From: Octopus bimaculoides
Lineage: Eukaryota
Direction: 5' to 3'
Assembly (NCBI RefSeq): GCF_001194135.2
Contig: NC_068985.1
Coordinates: forward strand, 64,687,782-64,720,486
DNA length: 32,705 nucleotides
The translations under genes and the position numbers were made by a program. Below the pieces are notes generated by a model. The model was not told the DNA's origin, did no database searches, and saw only the letters and a program-made list of their open reading frames with translations. This document shows positions 1 to 10,037 of this stretch, one piece after another. Numbering within the stretch: position 1 is the first letter of the stretch; each line of letters opens with the position of its first letter.

Positions 1-345
1 GCCTACGCATGCGTAGAATTAAACAAGCAAGCGTTTCCCGCTCAATTCATTCTCTTTCTCGCTGGCCAGCGATTGAGCATGGACGTGTGTTTAAGCTGTC
101 TCTCTACATCTTTCGGACTTGCACTCGACAGCTCGCTCACAACTACAGAACAACGTCCCAACAACTATACTCATACACACAGAAGGTGTAACAACAAGAA
201 CTAAAGATGTTTATATATTTACCACCTAAATAAAGTGTTGTTTAAGTTGATAGTCTGGAGTTTCAGCGTTCCGTTATATTCTAAATTTTATAGTAGAAAG
301 TCAGGTATACAATCTAAAGATGTATAACCCACTTTCTACTAAACA
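1..345 (+). mobile_element. LTR-like repeat, copy A (left end outside window)
   Basis: Reverse complement of 2970-3350 and 5856-6184; AATAAA at 229-234; ends ...CTAAACA at 345; terminal 51-bp imperfect palindrome at 291-341. Confidence 0.7.
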
Positions 346-1513
346 TCAACTAGTACATACAGTGGGACATCTGGTTTGGGATACACCAGCATGGTAGCGT
401 TGGATAACGCTTTTTCAAGTTAGCGAAAGAGGCAAGTTGTTCTTCACTCAGGGTAATGTTTTTATTTTTGCTTGTTTGCTGTCGCAGTAAATCTGTGAGC
501 GGTTGGGCTGTCTCTGCAAAGTGGGGTAAAAAGCTGCAGTAGAAATTCACCAAGCCAAGAAATTCCCGCAATTTGCGGAGAGATGTGGGTGGTGGAAAAT
601 TCACGATGGCTTTGACTTTCTCGGGAAGTGGGCGAATGCCATCCTTATCGATGATGTGTCCGAGAAAATGAAGGGATGCAACTCCGAAGGAACACTTGCT
701 GGGATTGATAGCAATACCATATTCACGCAGGCGTTGAAATAACGGGTGCAGGTGTTGATCATGCTCTTTGTCTGAGCTACTGGCCAGAGTACGTCGTCTA
801 TGTATGCATAGACGAAAGGCAAACCTCTGGTAACTGTGTTTATAAAACGTCGGAACGTCTGTGCTGCATTGCGTAAACCGAAAGGCACACGCAGGAATTC
901 AAACATTCCGAAGAGTGTCATGACTGCAGTCTTTAGAATATCCGCAGGTTCTACAGAGATTTGATTGTAAGCTCGCACAAGGTCAATCTTTGAAAAGATT
1001 TGAACTCCATGCAGCGAGCTAGAAAAGTCCTATAGATGAGGGACAGGATATACATCAGGTACAGTGCAGTTATTTAGTGATCGATAATCACTGCAAACTC
1101 TCCAATCGGTTGATGACTTCTTAGGAACGCAGTGTATTGGCAAGGACCAGTTGCTGCTGGACAGGCGGATGGTTCCGAGGTCAAGCATGTGCTGGAATTC
1201 TTGCTTGACAGCCTTAAGACGATCTGGTGGTATCTTCGGGGTCGTGCAGCAACAGGTGGACCGCAGATCTTGATTTGGTGGGTGACTTCATGCTTGATAT
1301 GCTGACTATGGAATACTGGTCGAGCGACATCCGGGTATTCTCTAAGGATAGCACTGTGACGGGTTGACGTTGTTTGCAAAATGGTTGGGCTATACGAGCG
1401 GTTATACTGCGCACAGTGAGCTGAATGGTGCTGTCAACAAGTCTTCTGTGCTTGATATCTACCAGGAGAGCGAAATGATAAAGGAAATCGGCTCCTAAGA
1501 TAGGAGTCAGCAA
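346..1513 (-). pseudogene. Gypsy pol fragments: reverse transcriptase and RNase H N-terminus
   Basis: PVAARPRR; [30 protein letters not shown] (YIDD at 804-793); LREFLGLVNFY; MLVYPKPDVPLYVLVD ending at 346. Confidence 0.92.
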
Positions 1514-1514
1514 T

Positions 1515-1769
1515 TTAGCGATGACGAATACCCACTGGAAGTAGTCCTAAGTTCAGTGTTAGGGACTGTTCACCATAGGCTGGAATCGGCGAGTAGTTGA
1601 CTACCTGAAGACAGACTGGTATATCTTTTCTTTTGCCTGAAGTGCAGGAAACAGGGATTATGCTGATTTCCACGCCGGTGTCAACAAGGAAATGTGTACC
1701 TGTTACACGATCGCAAACGAAAAACAGGCGACTTTGTGGGTGAAAGCCAGGAACTTCCGTCGCGTTCAA
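1515..1769 (-). pseudogene. Gypsy aspartic protease
   Basis: RLFFVCDRVTGTHFLVDTGVEISIIP, the retropepsin DTG motif. Confidence 0.88.
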
Positions 1770-1799
1770 TTCCTGGCTGTGTCGTTTCCCGAATGGGAT

Positions 1800-2644
1800 G
1801 ATGAAAATGCATTTCTGCGCCTGTGTTCCAAATTTTCGGTGGGACCAACAAGTTTCCTGTGAATTATGGGTGGCACTCAGGCTTCGGGACCGTCTACCAA
1901 ATCGACGTGATCGGCTGTTATATTTCGACGCGTGGTACCAAGCGATATGGCTTGTATCTGTGTTGTCAGGGCATGTATCTATGATGCCTGCTGCATCATC
2001 AATGAGCGCAAGTCCAAAATTTCGGAAGCACTGGTCGCGGAAAGGAAAGGATTTGTAAGGTGAACGGCTGGCGTCACAGTCAATACCATTGAATATCTAT
2101 GTGGTGCCTCGGCAATTTTGTCTGCAAGCTCAGCCAGTTTCTCAATGGAAGTGGATTCTCGTGTGGAGGCGAGGACTACCTATGTGTTGGAGGGCAGACG
2201 CTTGAGAAAAAGTTGCTTAAAAATCTTTTCGGGGAGGATCACATATCCAAGAAGCTGCTTCGTTTTTCGTAGAAGCTCGGAAGGCATCCTATCTCCTAAT
2301 TCCTCCGATGTAAGGAGCTGGGAGCTGGTGGAGTTGCTTTTGTTGGAACTCTGAAGTCCTGTTGATCAAGGTGTTTTTGATCGTGTCGTTTGACATAGGA
2401 CCGGGTGGTGCCATAATGAGATCTCGGACCACGTTCACGATCTCTGGCGATAGGGAACCGATCACTTGCATAAGGGAAGGCGCATCACTAACTATTTGGT
2501 TGGAAGAAAACTGGCCTTGATATGATAAAACCATAGTGCATGATCGTGCAATCAAAATGGTGGAATCCTCAGCGTAATTGCAGCTTGGAATACCATGTCG
2601 ACCGTGGATGTGTTCGCCGCTGGGTTGTGTTCTGGTAGAGCCAT
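1800..2644 (-). pseudogene. Gypsy gag (disrupted)
   Basis: ATG at 2644 reads MALPEHNP..AAITLRIPPF* (usual W replaced by stop), then VIGSLSPEIVNVVRDLIMAPP, typical of invertebrate Gypsy gag. The left boundary is approximate. Confidence 0.75.
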
Positions 2645-2711
2645 TGTGTAGCGATTAAAAGCAGCAATTTTCCAGTTATGATTTAGTGATGTGCGTTGTG
2701 AAGGCGGTCAT

Positions 2712-2729
2712 ATCACGTCGCGGTCACCA
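2712..2729 (-). promoter_or_regulatory. Primer-binding site, tRNA-Trp type
   Basis: TGGTGACCGCGACGTGAT, 2 nt after the LTR end ...GCTACA; 17/18 match to the tRNA-Trp PBS TGGTGACCCCGACGTGAT as recalled. Confidence 0.85.
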
Positions 2730-2731
2730 AA

Positions 2732-3377
2732 TGTAGCAGGATGTGTAGCAAAATATGTTGTTGAGGTAGCAGATGAAATAGGCATGTGAACAACATCAAA
2801 GTAAAACAATGGGAAAGCATCAGATCGTGATTTAAATAATTTATTTAATCGACACTTGCATTTACGTGTTGTATGTACAAGGAAATCCGCTACATGACAT
2901 TACCAACATGCTTCGAGTTGACGAAGTAACAAATGAACAAGAGAAACACTGTGTCGATGTGATGAGGTTATAGGAAAGTTGGTTATACATCATTAGATGT
3001 ATACCTGACTTTCCTATATAAAATTAAGAATATAACGGAACGCTGAACTATCAACTTAAACAACATTTATTCAGGTGGTAAATATATACATCTTTAGCTC
3101 TTGTTGTTACAGCTTCTGTGTGTGTGAGCATAGTTGTTGGGACGTTGTTATGTAGATGTAAGCGAGCTGTCGAGCGTAAGTCCGAAAGATGGAGAGTGAC
3201 AGCTAAACACGTTCATGCTCTATTGCTGGTCAGCAAGAAAGAGACTGTCTCCAGGTTGGAATGTTGGAGACACTGCTCATGGCCGGCCGACCGAGAAAGA
3301 GATAGAATTTAGCGGGAAAGCTTGCTTGTTTAATTCCACGCATGCGTGAGACTACGCATGCGCACGGCGTTACTACA
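2732..3377 (-). mobile_element. 5' LTR of the Gypsy element (possibly composite; includes LTR-family copy B at about 2970-3377)
   Basis: TGTAG...CTACA termini; AATAAA on the minus strand at 2840-2845. An alternative short LTR, TGTAGC...GCTACA, spans 2732-2894. Confidence 0.65.
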
Positions 3378-4299
3378 GGGCTCCCTTACCAGTGCGAAAA
3401 CGCACGATAATATGAAATCTGTTAGAACGCTTGAGGCAGGATGGCCACTGAAAACCACCCACAAGATGTAGCACAAAACACACACAAAGAAAAATTAAAG
3501 AAATGAAATGTACACTGCAATATGGGCAGTAAATGCCACCTAGTAAAAAAACAAATGAGACAACAAATCGTGATGACTACTGTCCAGGAACTGGAATCAC
3601 GGAATGTGAAAGTCTGAGTGTTTGTTTTTACTGAAAGGAAAGAAAATGTATGAGTGCACAAGTGTGTGTGTGAGTGAAAACACAGAACAAGTGAAAGTGT
3701 CTGTAGAGACAAAAAATCCAGTTCGTATAAGAGTTACACAAGTTGATTGGTGTGTCCCTGGTGGTGGGGTTGTTGGCGCACGACATTGTGGTAGACAGTA
3801 CACTGATGTTCTGTTGAAACATGGCGACGTCGGGGGGAATGCTTGTAGTTAGTTGGTAGTAGTAATTGTTGTCGTCACGGTGGTAATCTTGGTTGAACGA
3901 AGCTGGTGGCGAAAAGGTCACTCGGTGATGGTGTTTGAAGAGGTGCGCTTTTACAGACGATCGACAGACAAATCTCTGTACGACAATTAGCGAAAACCGG
4001 CGTTACTACAAGGTAAGACCAGGCATGTTTTGTGTCTGTGTGTGCGTTGGTCATACGGTCGTGTCTGTTTATGTTCTGTGACTGCTATTGAGTTGAGTCG
4101 TTCATGCTGAATATGTGGTTCTGTGTTGGCTGCTTGACTGGCGCAAGCAAACTGCTGGCTGTCTTCCCATCTGTTGTGTGTCTGACTGAATTTATAATGG
4201 TTATCCCAACTAGAAGGACAGACATACTACAGGAGTAATTTCTACTTATGCATGTTGCCTCCTGTCCACTTGAACCTTAAATGACACAGGTCAGGTCGG

Positions 4300-4429
4300 A
4301 GGTCGAACAGAAATCTATCCATCGCTTTTTGACAGGACAAAGAAATTTCTTTCGTGCCTNNNNNNNNNNAGGTCGAACAGAAATCTATCCATCGCTTTTT
4401 GACAGGACAAAGAAATTTCTTTCGTGCCT
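4300..4429. repeat. 60-bp exact duplication across a 10-N gap (probable assembly artefact)
   Basis: 4300-4359 is identical to 4370-4429, separated only by Ns. Confidence 0.85.
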
Positions 4430-4519
4430 GTTTGGCCAGTGGTGGATCAGAGGAGCAAGAATCCTTAGATTCGGTTTCGAATCTCAGCTCGGAAAAAGGA
4501 AGTGTTAGCTTTTACATAT

Positions 4520-4730
4520 ATATTCTTTTATTTGTTCCGGTCATTTGACTGCGTCCATGCTGGAACACCACCTTTAGTTGATCAAATTGACCCCCAGGAC
4601 TTCTTTGTAAGCCTAATACTTATTCTATCGGTCTCTATTGTTGAACTGCTAAGTTACGGTGACGTGAATACACCAACATCGGTTGTCAAGTGATGGTGGG
4701 GAACAAACACAGACAGACAAACATACACAC
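4520..4730 (-). mobile_element. SINE 3' half
   Basis: Shares the TTTGACTGCG.CCATGCTGGA.CACC.CCTTTAGT..A.CAAAT block with 23745-23786 in the opposite orientation; A-rich tail on the minus strand near 4521-4537. Confidence 0.6.
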
Positions 4731-4767
4731 ACACACATATAATATATATATATAGAATAGTGAGAGG

Positions 4768-4770
<3 letters not shown>

Positions 4771-4823
<53 letters not shown>
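4771..4823. repeat. (TA)n microsatellite
   Basis: Direct observation; runs into a gap. Confidence 0.95.
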
Positions 4824-5560
4824 NNNNNNNNNNTCACAAAAAACGTTAAACACAATGAGAAACGAAAACATAAAGACGAAGACAGAAAACAAACTTTTTT
4901 TCGAACAACGAAAAAAACAAACTGAGAAACGAGACATGCAACATAAAGAATATTTCCCTTCTTCAGTTGTCCCTGTTCCATCTACTCCACGTTTCGAAGG
5001 CAAGAACAATACGCGACTTCGTTGGAACAGTCCTTCCCGCAAAGCAAATTAAATAAAATTTGGAATTTTTTTGCGGAGGGTGAAAGTGGAAACAAGAACA
5101 GGACAGTGAGAAGACAGTAAAAACAAGACAGAACAGTGAAAACAAACGGTAAAGGCTGTTAGGCCAAGACGATAGAAAAATTATTTTGAACGCTAGTTAG
5201 ATGTGAAGGAGAGACAAAAAAATCACGTCTTCTCTAGAGGAAGGCAAGAAATCGAAAGAAAGAATCCCTTTCGTCACGTGTCAGCAACGAGAGGGTCAAG
5301 GAGGAGGAGTGAGAGAGAGGGAATGGTGAAAGGAAGAGAAAAATAGTTGGGAGAGAAAAACAGAAAGGATGAAGAACAAGAGAGGGATAGAGATAGACAG
5401 GGAAGTGATTGTAATAGTAGTAGAGTGCGCAGTAGTAATTATTAAGATAAAACTTACTTGGAAACGGATGCGTGGCGTTCGTTCATATAATAACATAAAT
5501 AATATATAAATATATGCATATATCCATACATATATGTACATACCTACATCTATATGTATG

Positions 5561-5674
5561 ACGGGCTTCTTTCAGTTTCCGTCTACCAAGTCCACTCACA
5601 AGGTTTTGATCGGCCCAAGGTTATAATGGAAGACACTTGCCCAAGGTGCTACACAGTGGGACTGAGCCAAAATC
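5561..5674 (-). mobile_element. CORE-like SINE fragment
   Basis: Minus strand reads CAGTCCCACTGTGTAGCACCTTGGGCAAGTGTCTT; CCTTGGGCAAG is the CORE-SINE signature. Confidence 0.55.
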
Positions 5675-5855
5675 AAACACACATATACAAGGTGCGTGTG
5701 CTGTTAGTTTGTTGGGTGGCTTCATTTTCAAGCGAATATATTCTCAATGACGCTGATTGAAAATATATTCTCTTACGTCTGAAAAAGGCAGCCGCCCGAA
5801 CTAACAGCACACACACCTTATGTACCATAAATCCTTGAGTATAATACGCAGGGGA

Positions 5856-6184
5856 TTTTTAGTAGAAAGTGGGTTATACATCTTTAGATGTATACCTGAC
5901 TTTCCTATATAAAATTAAGGAATATATAACGGAACGCTGAACTCCAGACTATCAACTTAAACAACACTTTATTCAGGTGGTAAATATATATATCTTTAGC
6001 TCTTGTTGTTACAGCTTCTGTTGTGTGTGAGCATAGTTGTTGGGACGTTGCTATGTAGTTGTAAGCGAGCTGTCGAGTGTAAGTCCGAAAGATGTAGAGA
6101 GACAGCTTAACACGTCCAATGCTCATGGTCGGCCGACCGTAAAAGAGATAGAATTAAGCGGGAACGCGTGCTTGTTTAATTCCA
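5856..6184 (-). mobile_element. LTR-like repeat, copy C (truncated by gap)
   Basis: Colinear with 2970-3346 and reverse-complementary to 1-345; begins at the same terminal palindrome. Confidence 0.75.
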
Positions 6185-6591
6185 NNNNNNNNNNNNNNNN
6201 NNNNNNNNNNNNNNNNNNNNNNNNNNNNNNNNNNNNNNNNNNNNNNNNNNNNNNNNNNNNNNNNNNNNNNNNNNNNNNNNNNNNNNNNNNNNNNNNNNNN
6301 NNNNNNNNNNNNNNNNNNNNNNNNNNNNNNNNNNNNNNNNNNNNNNNNNNNNNNNNNNNNNNNNNNNNNNNNNNNNNNNNNNNNNNNNNNNNNNNNNNNN
6401 NNNNNNNNNNNNNNNNNNNNNNNNNNNNNNNNNNNNNNNNNNNNNNNNNNNNNNNNNNNNNNNNNNNNNNNNNNNNNNNNNNNNNNNNNNNNNNNNNNNN
6501 NNNNNNNNNNNNNNNNNNNNNNNNNNNNNNNNNNNNNNNNNNNNNNNNNNNNNNNNNNNNNNNNNNNNNNNNNNNNNNNNNNNNNNNNNNN

Positions 6592-7533
6592 GTTTTTTTT
6601 TGTTTTTTTACTAAAACAGCATGCGACAGAAGGAGAAAACTTTGTCGATGGAAATGATAATGAAATTCAACAGATATTTATTAGATATTTATTCAAGGGT
6701 CAGCATGCAGTTCTAGAAACTCAACTACTCAACATTATACTCTTCAGAAATGGCAGCCAAAAAATAAACAAATGTTTTTCTTTTGGGGTTGAATTCCGCC
6801 AAAGAATGAACTGTAACGAACAGATTTCTTTTTTTTTTTTTACAGTGTTTACAGTACCACTCTTTCCCATCAATTCTGTCACCACGTGTAACAAGTCCGC
6901 ATGGTACTAGACAATCGTCGCAGGTAAACTTATTCCTAAGCCGACGGCGCGCACACCATTCCAACATTCTGTGTCTTGAACTGCTGCATAACTCACTAAT
7001 ATTCCAATATTAATTCACGAGTGAGTATTTCATTTTCAGGAACAATAAGTTATTGTGCAGCCGGTCTTCCACGAGGCATTTTCGATCTCTCAGCCGGTAC
7101 TATGATATTCAATCACGTGTGTGATTTATACATGTGGTGCTATGGGCTGTGATGAGCTATGTGTTGTTGGTGGAGAGAGATGAAGCAAATGGAAGTGAAG
7201 CCAGACCGGAAGTCGGCCACACGCGGTCGACAGCGAGCACGTGGAGGGGGGGTCGAAGACAGACGGATTACGGAGAAGACGTGTTTTGATCTGGAGTGAT
7301 TGTTTACTCTGCCACGGTCGACAAGGTAAGGCCCCAGTGTTTCATTCTGTCTTTTGCTTCTTGTTGTCTTTTTCGTCCATCACACCACAATATATAAAGA
7401 GTTAACTTCAATCAAATCACGTGTGTGATTTATTTATAAACAGAGTAGTACGGATAATACTGGTAAAACGTTCAGTTACTTCCCTTGAATACTTTTATTT
7501 ATTTTTTTTACCCCCCTAAACTTGAAGATTACC
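6592..7533 (-). mobile_element. Merlin (IS1016/ISXO2-like) DNA transposon, 5' part with degenerate transposase N-terminus (ATG at 7079)
   Basis: TIR ends GAAGATTACC at 7533, as in the MITE at 9255-9774. Translation MPRGRPAAQ*LIVPENEILT...TCDDCLVPCGLVTRGDRIDGKEWYCKHCKK, then a frameshift to KSVRYSSFF, resembles the Merlin C-x2-C...DG..W.C..C...SIR..SFF zinc finger. Confidence 0.75.
7133..7389. mobile_element. Solo LTR (257 bp) inserted in the Merlin TIR
   Basis: TGTGGTG...CACCACA termini; near-TSD ATACA/ATATA; absent at the homologous position of the MITE TIR. Confidence 0.72.
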
Positions 7534-8083
7534 AAATAAGCAGTAATAACGTCAGTGAAAAATAGATAGTAAGTAAATTGCCTTTACATATTTATCACTA
7601 TCAGTTGCAAAAACAAAAACATTTATTCAAATTCACTTTCAGCATCAAGTAACTGTTCCATTTGTTCCTCCGTAAACAAACACTTCCGCGCATGCGTAAT
7701 ACAATAATGGTGATGTTCTTAACTGTTATAGGGGAATGTAAATATGTTTGCAGATTGTTTTTCTTACATGTTCTAAATACTTTTATTTTAATAAATGTTG
7801 CTTACTGCAAGTTATGGATGATTCTTTTATGACTTCATTGCTTTCAGGCTCACAAAATGCGTCTGAATAAACATTGCCGGACCGCAAATAGAGACTCGGA
7901 CATTACTTAGAAAATATTTTTCATTTTTAACCTTATATATAGTACGTACTAGGAATTTTGGGGGAAAATGCGGATTATACTCGAGGATTTACGGTATGTG
8001 TGTTTGATTTTGTTTATATACCTCGAGCTGCTTCTAATTCGCATTTGACTNNNNNNNNNNNNNNNNNNNNNNNNNNNNNNNNN

Positions 8084-8150
<67 letters not shown>
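8084..8150. repeat. (TA)n(TG)n microsatellite
   Basis: Direct observation. Confidence 0.95.
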
Positions 8151-8151
<1 letters not shown>

Positions 8152-9254
8152 GTGCACCTTGTTTTAATATGCATATATTTATATCACTGAGATGCCCGTT
8201 TTTATATCCGCACATCAAAACTGAAGCTAAAAGGAATGACACCAAGTTCATTATGACAAAATACGAAACTATGGCTAAATTGTTAGCGGCATCATGAACG
8301 TTGATGTCCTAGAATAAAGTTGACAAAATTTTTTTAATTCTCCGCTTCAACAACGATATTATTTGTTTGACAAAAAGGTACAGGGCACTGATACATTCTG
8401 TACAGCTGATAACGGTAAGTTGATAAAGATATTACTCTTAAGCTGTAATAATGTGTGTAAATACTAGAATTATGTAAACTCTTTTACACTAATTACAGTA
8501 ATGCAAAATTATGAAATACACAGTTATAATTATATTTAACGTCAATGAATTTTTTTAACCTTTTAGTTAGGAGAGAAAGCGGCCATGACGCATTACAGGG
8601 AAAGCAGGGAGGAACATATCTTCGAACCGGAAACCTCGTCCGAATCCTATACGAGAGTTGTGTTTTTATTTTTATACATCATATACAAGAAATGATATAC
8701 ATTACACACTAAATATGTTGGATGATGTCCCTCAGTTATTTATACTCTCCAGTAACAAAAATACACACTTTTTGTATATTTTCTTAGTTTTCATTCATTA
8801 CTTGATCAAGTATGAGTAAGGTAATACTGCGAACAGAGAAGCTGAGATGTTGCAACAGTCATGTACCTTCACCGGCATACCAAAACATGTATGCTCCGCT
8901 CTGCCGACTTTGTTTCCTCATTTTCAGAAAAATGGATATCTTTTTTATAAAATTTTCAATTAATAACACGGTGGTGCATCAGCATGGCCGCAGCTCTGAG
9001 CTGAAACTTTGAAATGAAATGAAATAATGTGCTTCAGATGGTGTAGATTTCGATTATATCGGAATTTGCTGTGAAGCCCTTTTTTTTCTGACAGTCAGCT
9101 TTCTTTCCTCATAACTTTCAGAAAAATGGGCATTTTTGAAGGAAATTTTCAACAAATATCTTTCAAAGTGTGTAGATTGCGAGTATATCTACACATATCT
9201 AATACGGAAAAAAAAGGTAGACTCGTGCACATACATACTGATATACTTCACATA

Positions 9255-9774
9255 GGTAATCTTCCAGTATAGGGAGGTAAAAAAAAAGTAAATAGAAATA
9301 CAAGGGAAATAACTTACGTCTTACTTGTATCATCCGTACTACTCAGAAATGTTTTTTTTTTTTAGCTGTTTATAAATAAATCGCACACGTGATTGAAGTT
9401 AACTGTTTATATATAAATCACACGTGGAGGTGTAATGACCCAGTGGTTAGGGCAGCGGACTCGCGGTTTCGATTCCCAGACCTGGCGTTGTGAGTGTTTA
9501 TTGAGCGAAAACACGAGTGAGGATTTCGTTTTGAGGAACAATAAGTTGTGCAGCCGGTCTTCCACGAGGCATTTTCGATCTCTCATAAGAAACTACGATA
9601 TTCAATCACGTGTGTGATTTATATATAAACAGATAACTTCAATCACGTGTGCGATTTATTTATAAACAGCAAAAAAATAACATTTCAGAGTAGTACGGAT
9701 GATACTAGTAAGACGTAAGTTATTTCCCTTGTATTTTTATTTACTTTTTTACCTCCTTATACTGGAAGATTACC
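9255..9774. mobile_element. Merlin-family MITE with ~172-bp TIRs and 9-bp TSD
   Basis: 9255-9426 is the reverse complement of 9603-9774; TIRs start GGTAATCTTC; perfect TSD CTTCACATA at 9246-9254 and 9775-9783; TIRs contain a tandem subrepeat. Confidence 0.9.
9426..9514 (+). mobile_element. tRNA-derived SINE head inside the MITE
   Basis: A-box-like TGACCCAGTGG and B-box-like GGTTTCGATTCCC; absent from the parent Merlin copy. Confidence 0.65.
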
Positions 9775-10037
9775 CTTCACATATATCTACAAAACGAAAT
9801 TCGGAAATTCGCAAAAAATTATCTTCTCTTTCCAAGCTCTTTGTGGATTGAAGAATTATTTGCAGACTTTGTAAAGTAATGCCATCTTGTCATGGGATAC
9901 TCTTTGATCAGGCCTTTTTAGTAAATTCTCAGAGTTCTTTCATTCAGAAGTCTCTTAAATCTAATTTTGCTGTTGGTCTTGGTATCCAATTCATTGGTAA
10001 TACAGAGATATGTTGAAGACTGTCATAGGTTTTGCAT

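Larger units (their letters stand above)
346..3377 (-). mobile_element. Degenerate Ty3/Gypsy LTR retrotransposon (LTR, PBS, gag, protease, RT; interrupted at the start of RNase H)
   Basis: Order on the minus strand is LTR, PBS, gag, FLVDTG protease, then RT with PFGLRNA and YIDD. Multiple frameshifts and stops. Confidence 0.93.
5825..7994. mobile_element. Non-autonomous pogo/Tc1-mariner-type element hosting nested insertions
   Basis: 26-bp TIRs at 5825-5850 and 7969-7994 match at 23/26, two of the mismatches being CpG decay. TA dinucleotides flank both ends (5823-5824, 7995-7996). Confidence 0.75.

Noticed and set aside
3597-3921. Minus-strand ORFs with N/Y/T-rich translation
   Set aside because: No recognisable motif; low complexity; probably TE-derived non-coding sequence.
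4431-4495. tRNA-like A/B box pattern (GGTTTCGAATCTC)
   Set aside because: No cloverleaf could be built; at most a decayed SINE head.
4905-5030. Minus-strand GAAG...CTTC-GAAACGT inside a CTGTTCCA/TGGAACAG stem, resembling a hammerhead; 4905-4970 also resembles 23811-23880
   Set aside because: The core reads CCAACGA rather than CUGANGA and the cleavage triplet is wrong; left as an unclassified repeat.
6037-6657. Long ORF calls here and at 10093-11345, 23194-23909 and 27104-28072
   Set aside because: Their length comes from N-gaps translated as X.
7682-7697. ACTTCCGCGCATGCGT (ETS plus NRF1-like motifs) as a possible ZNF promoter
   Set aside because: It lies inside a transposon, and ACGCATGCGT also occurs in the LTR family; there is no transcript evidence.
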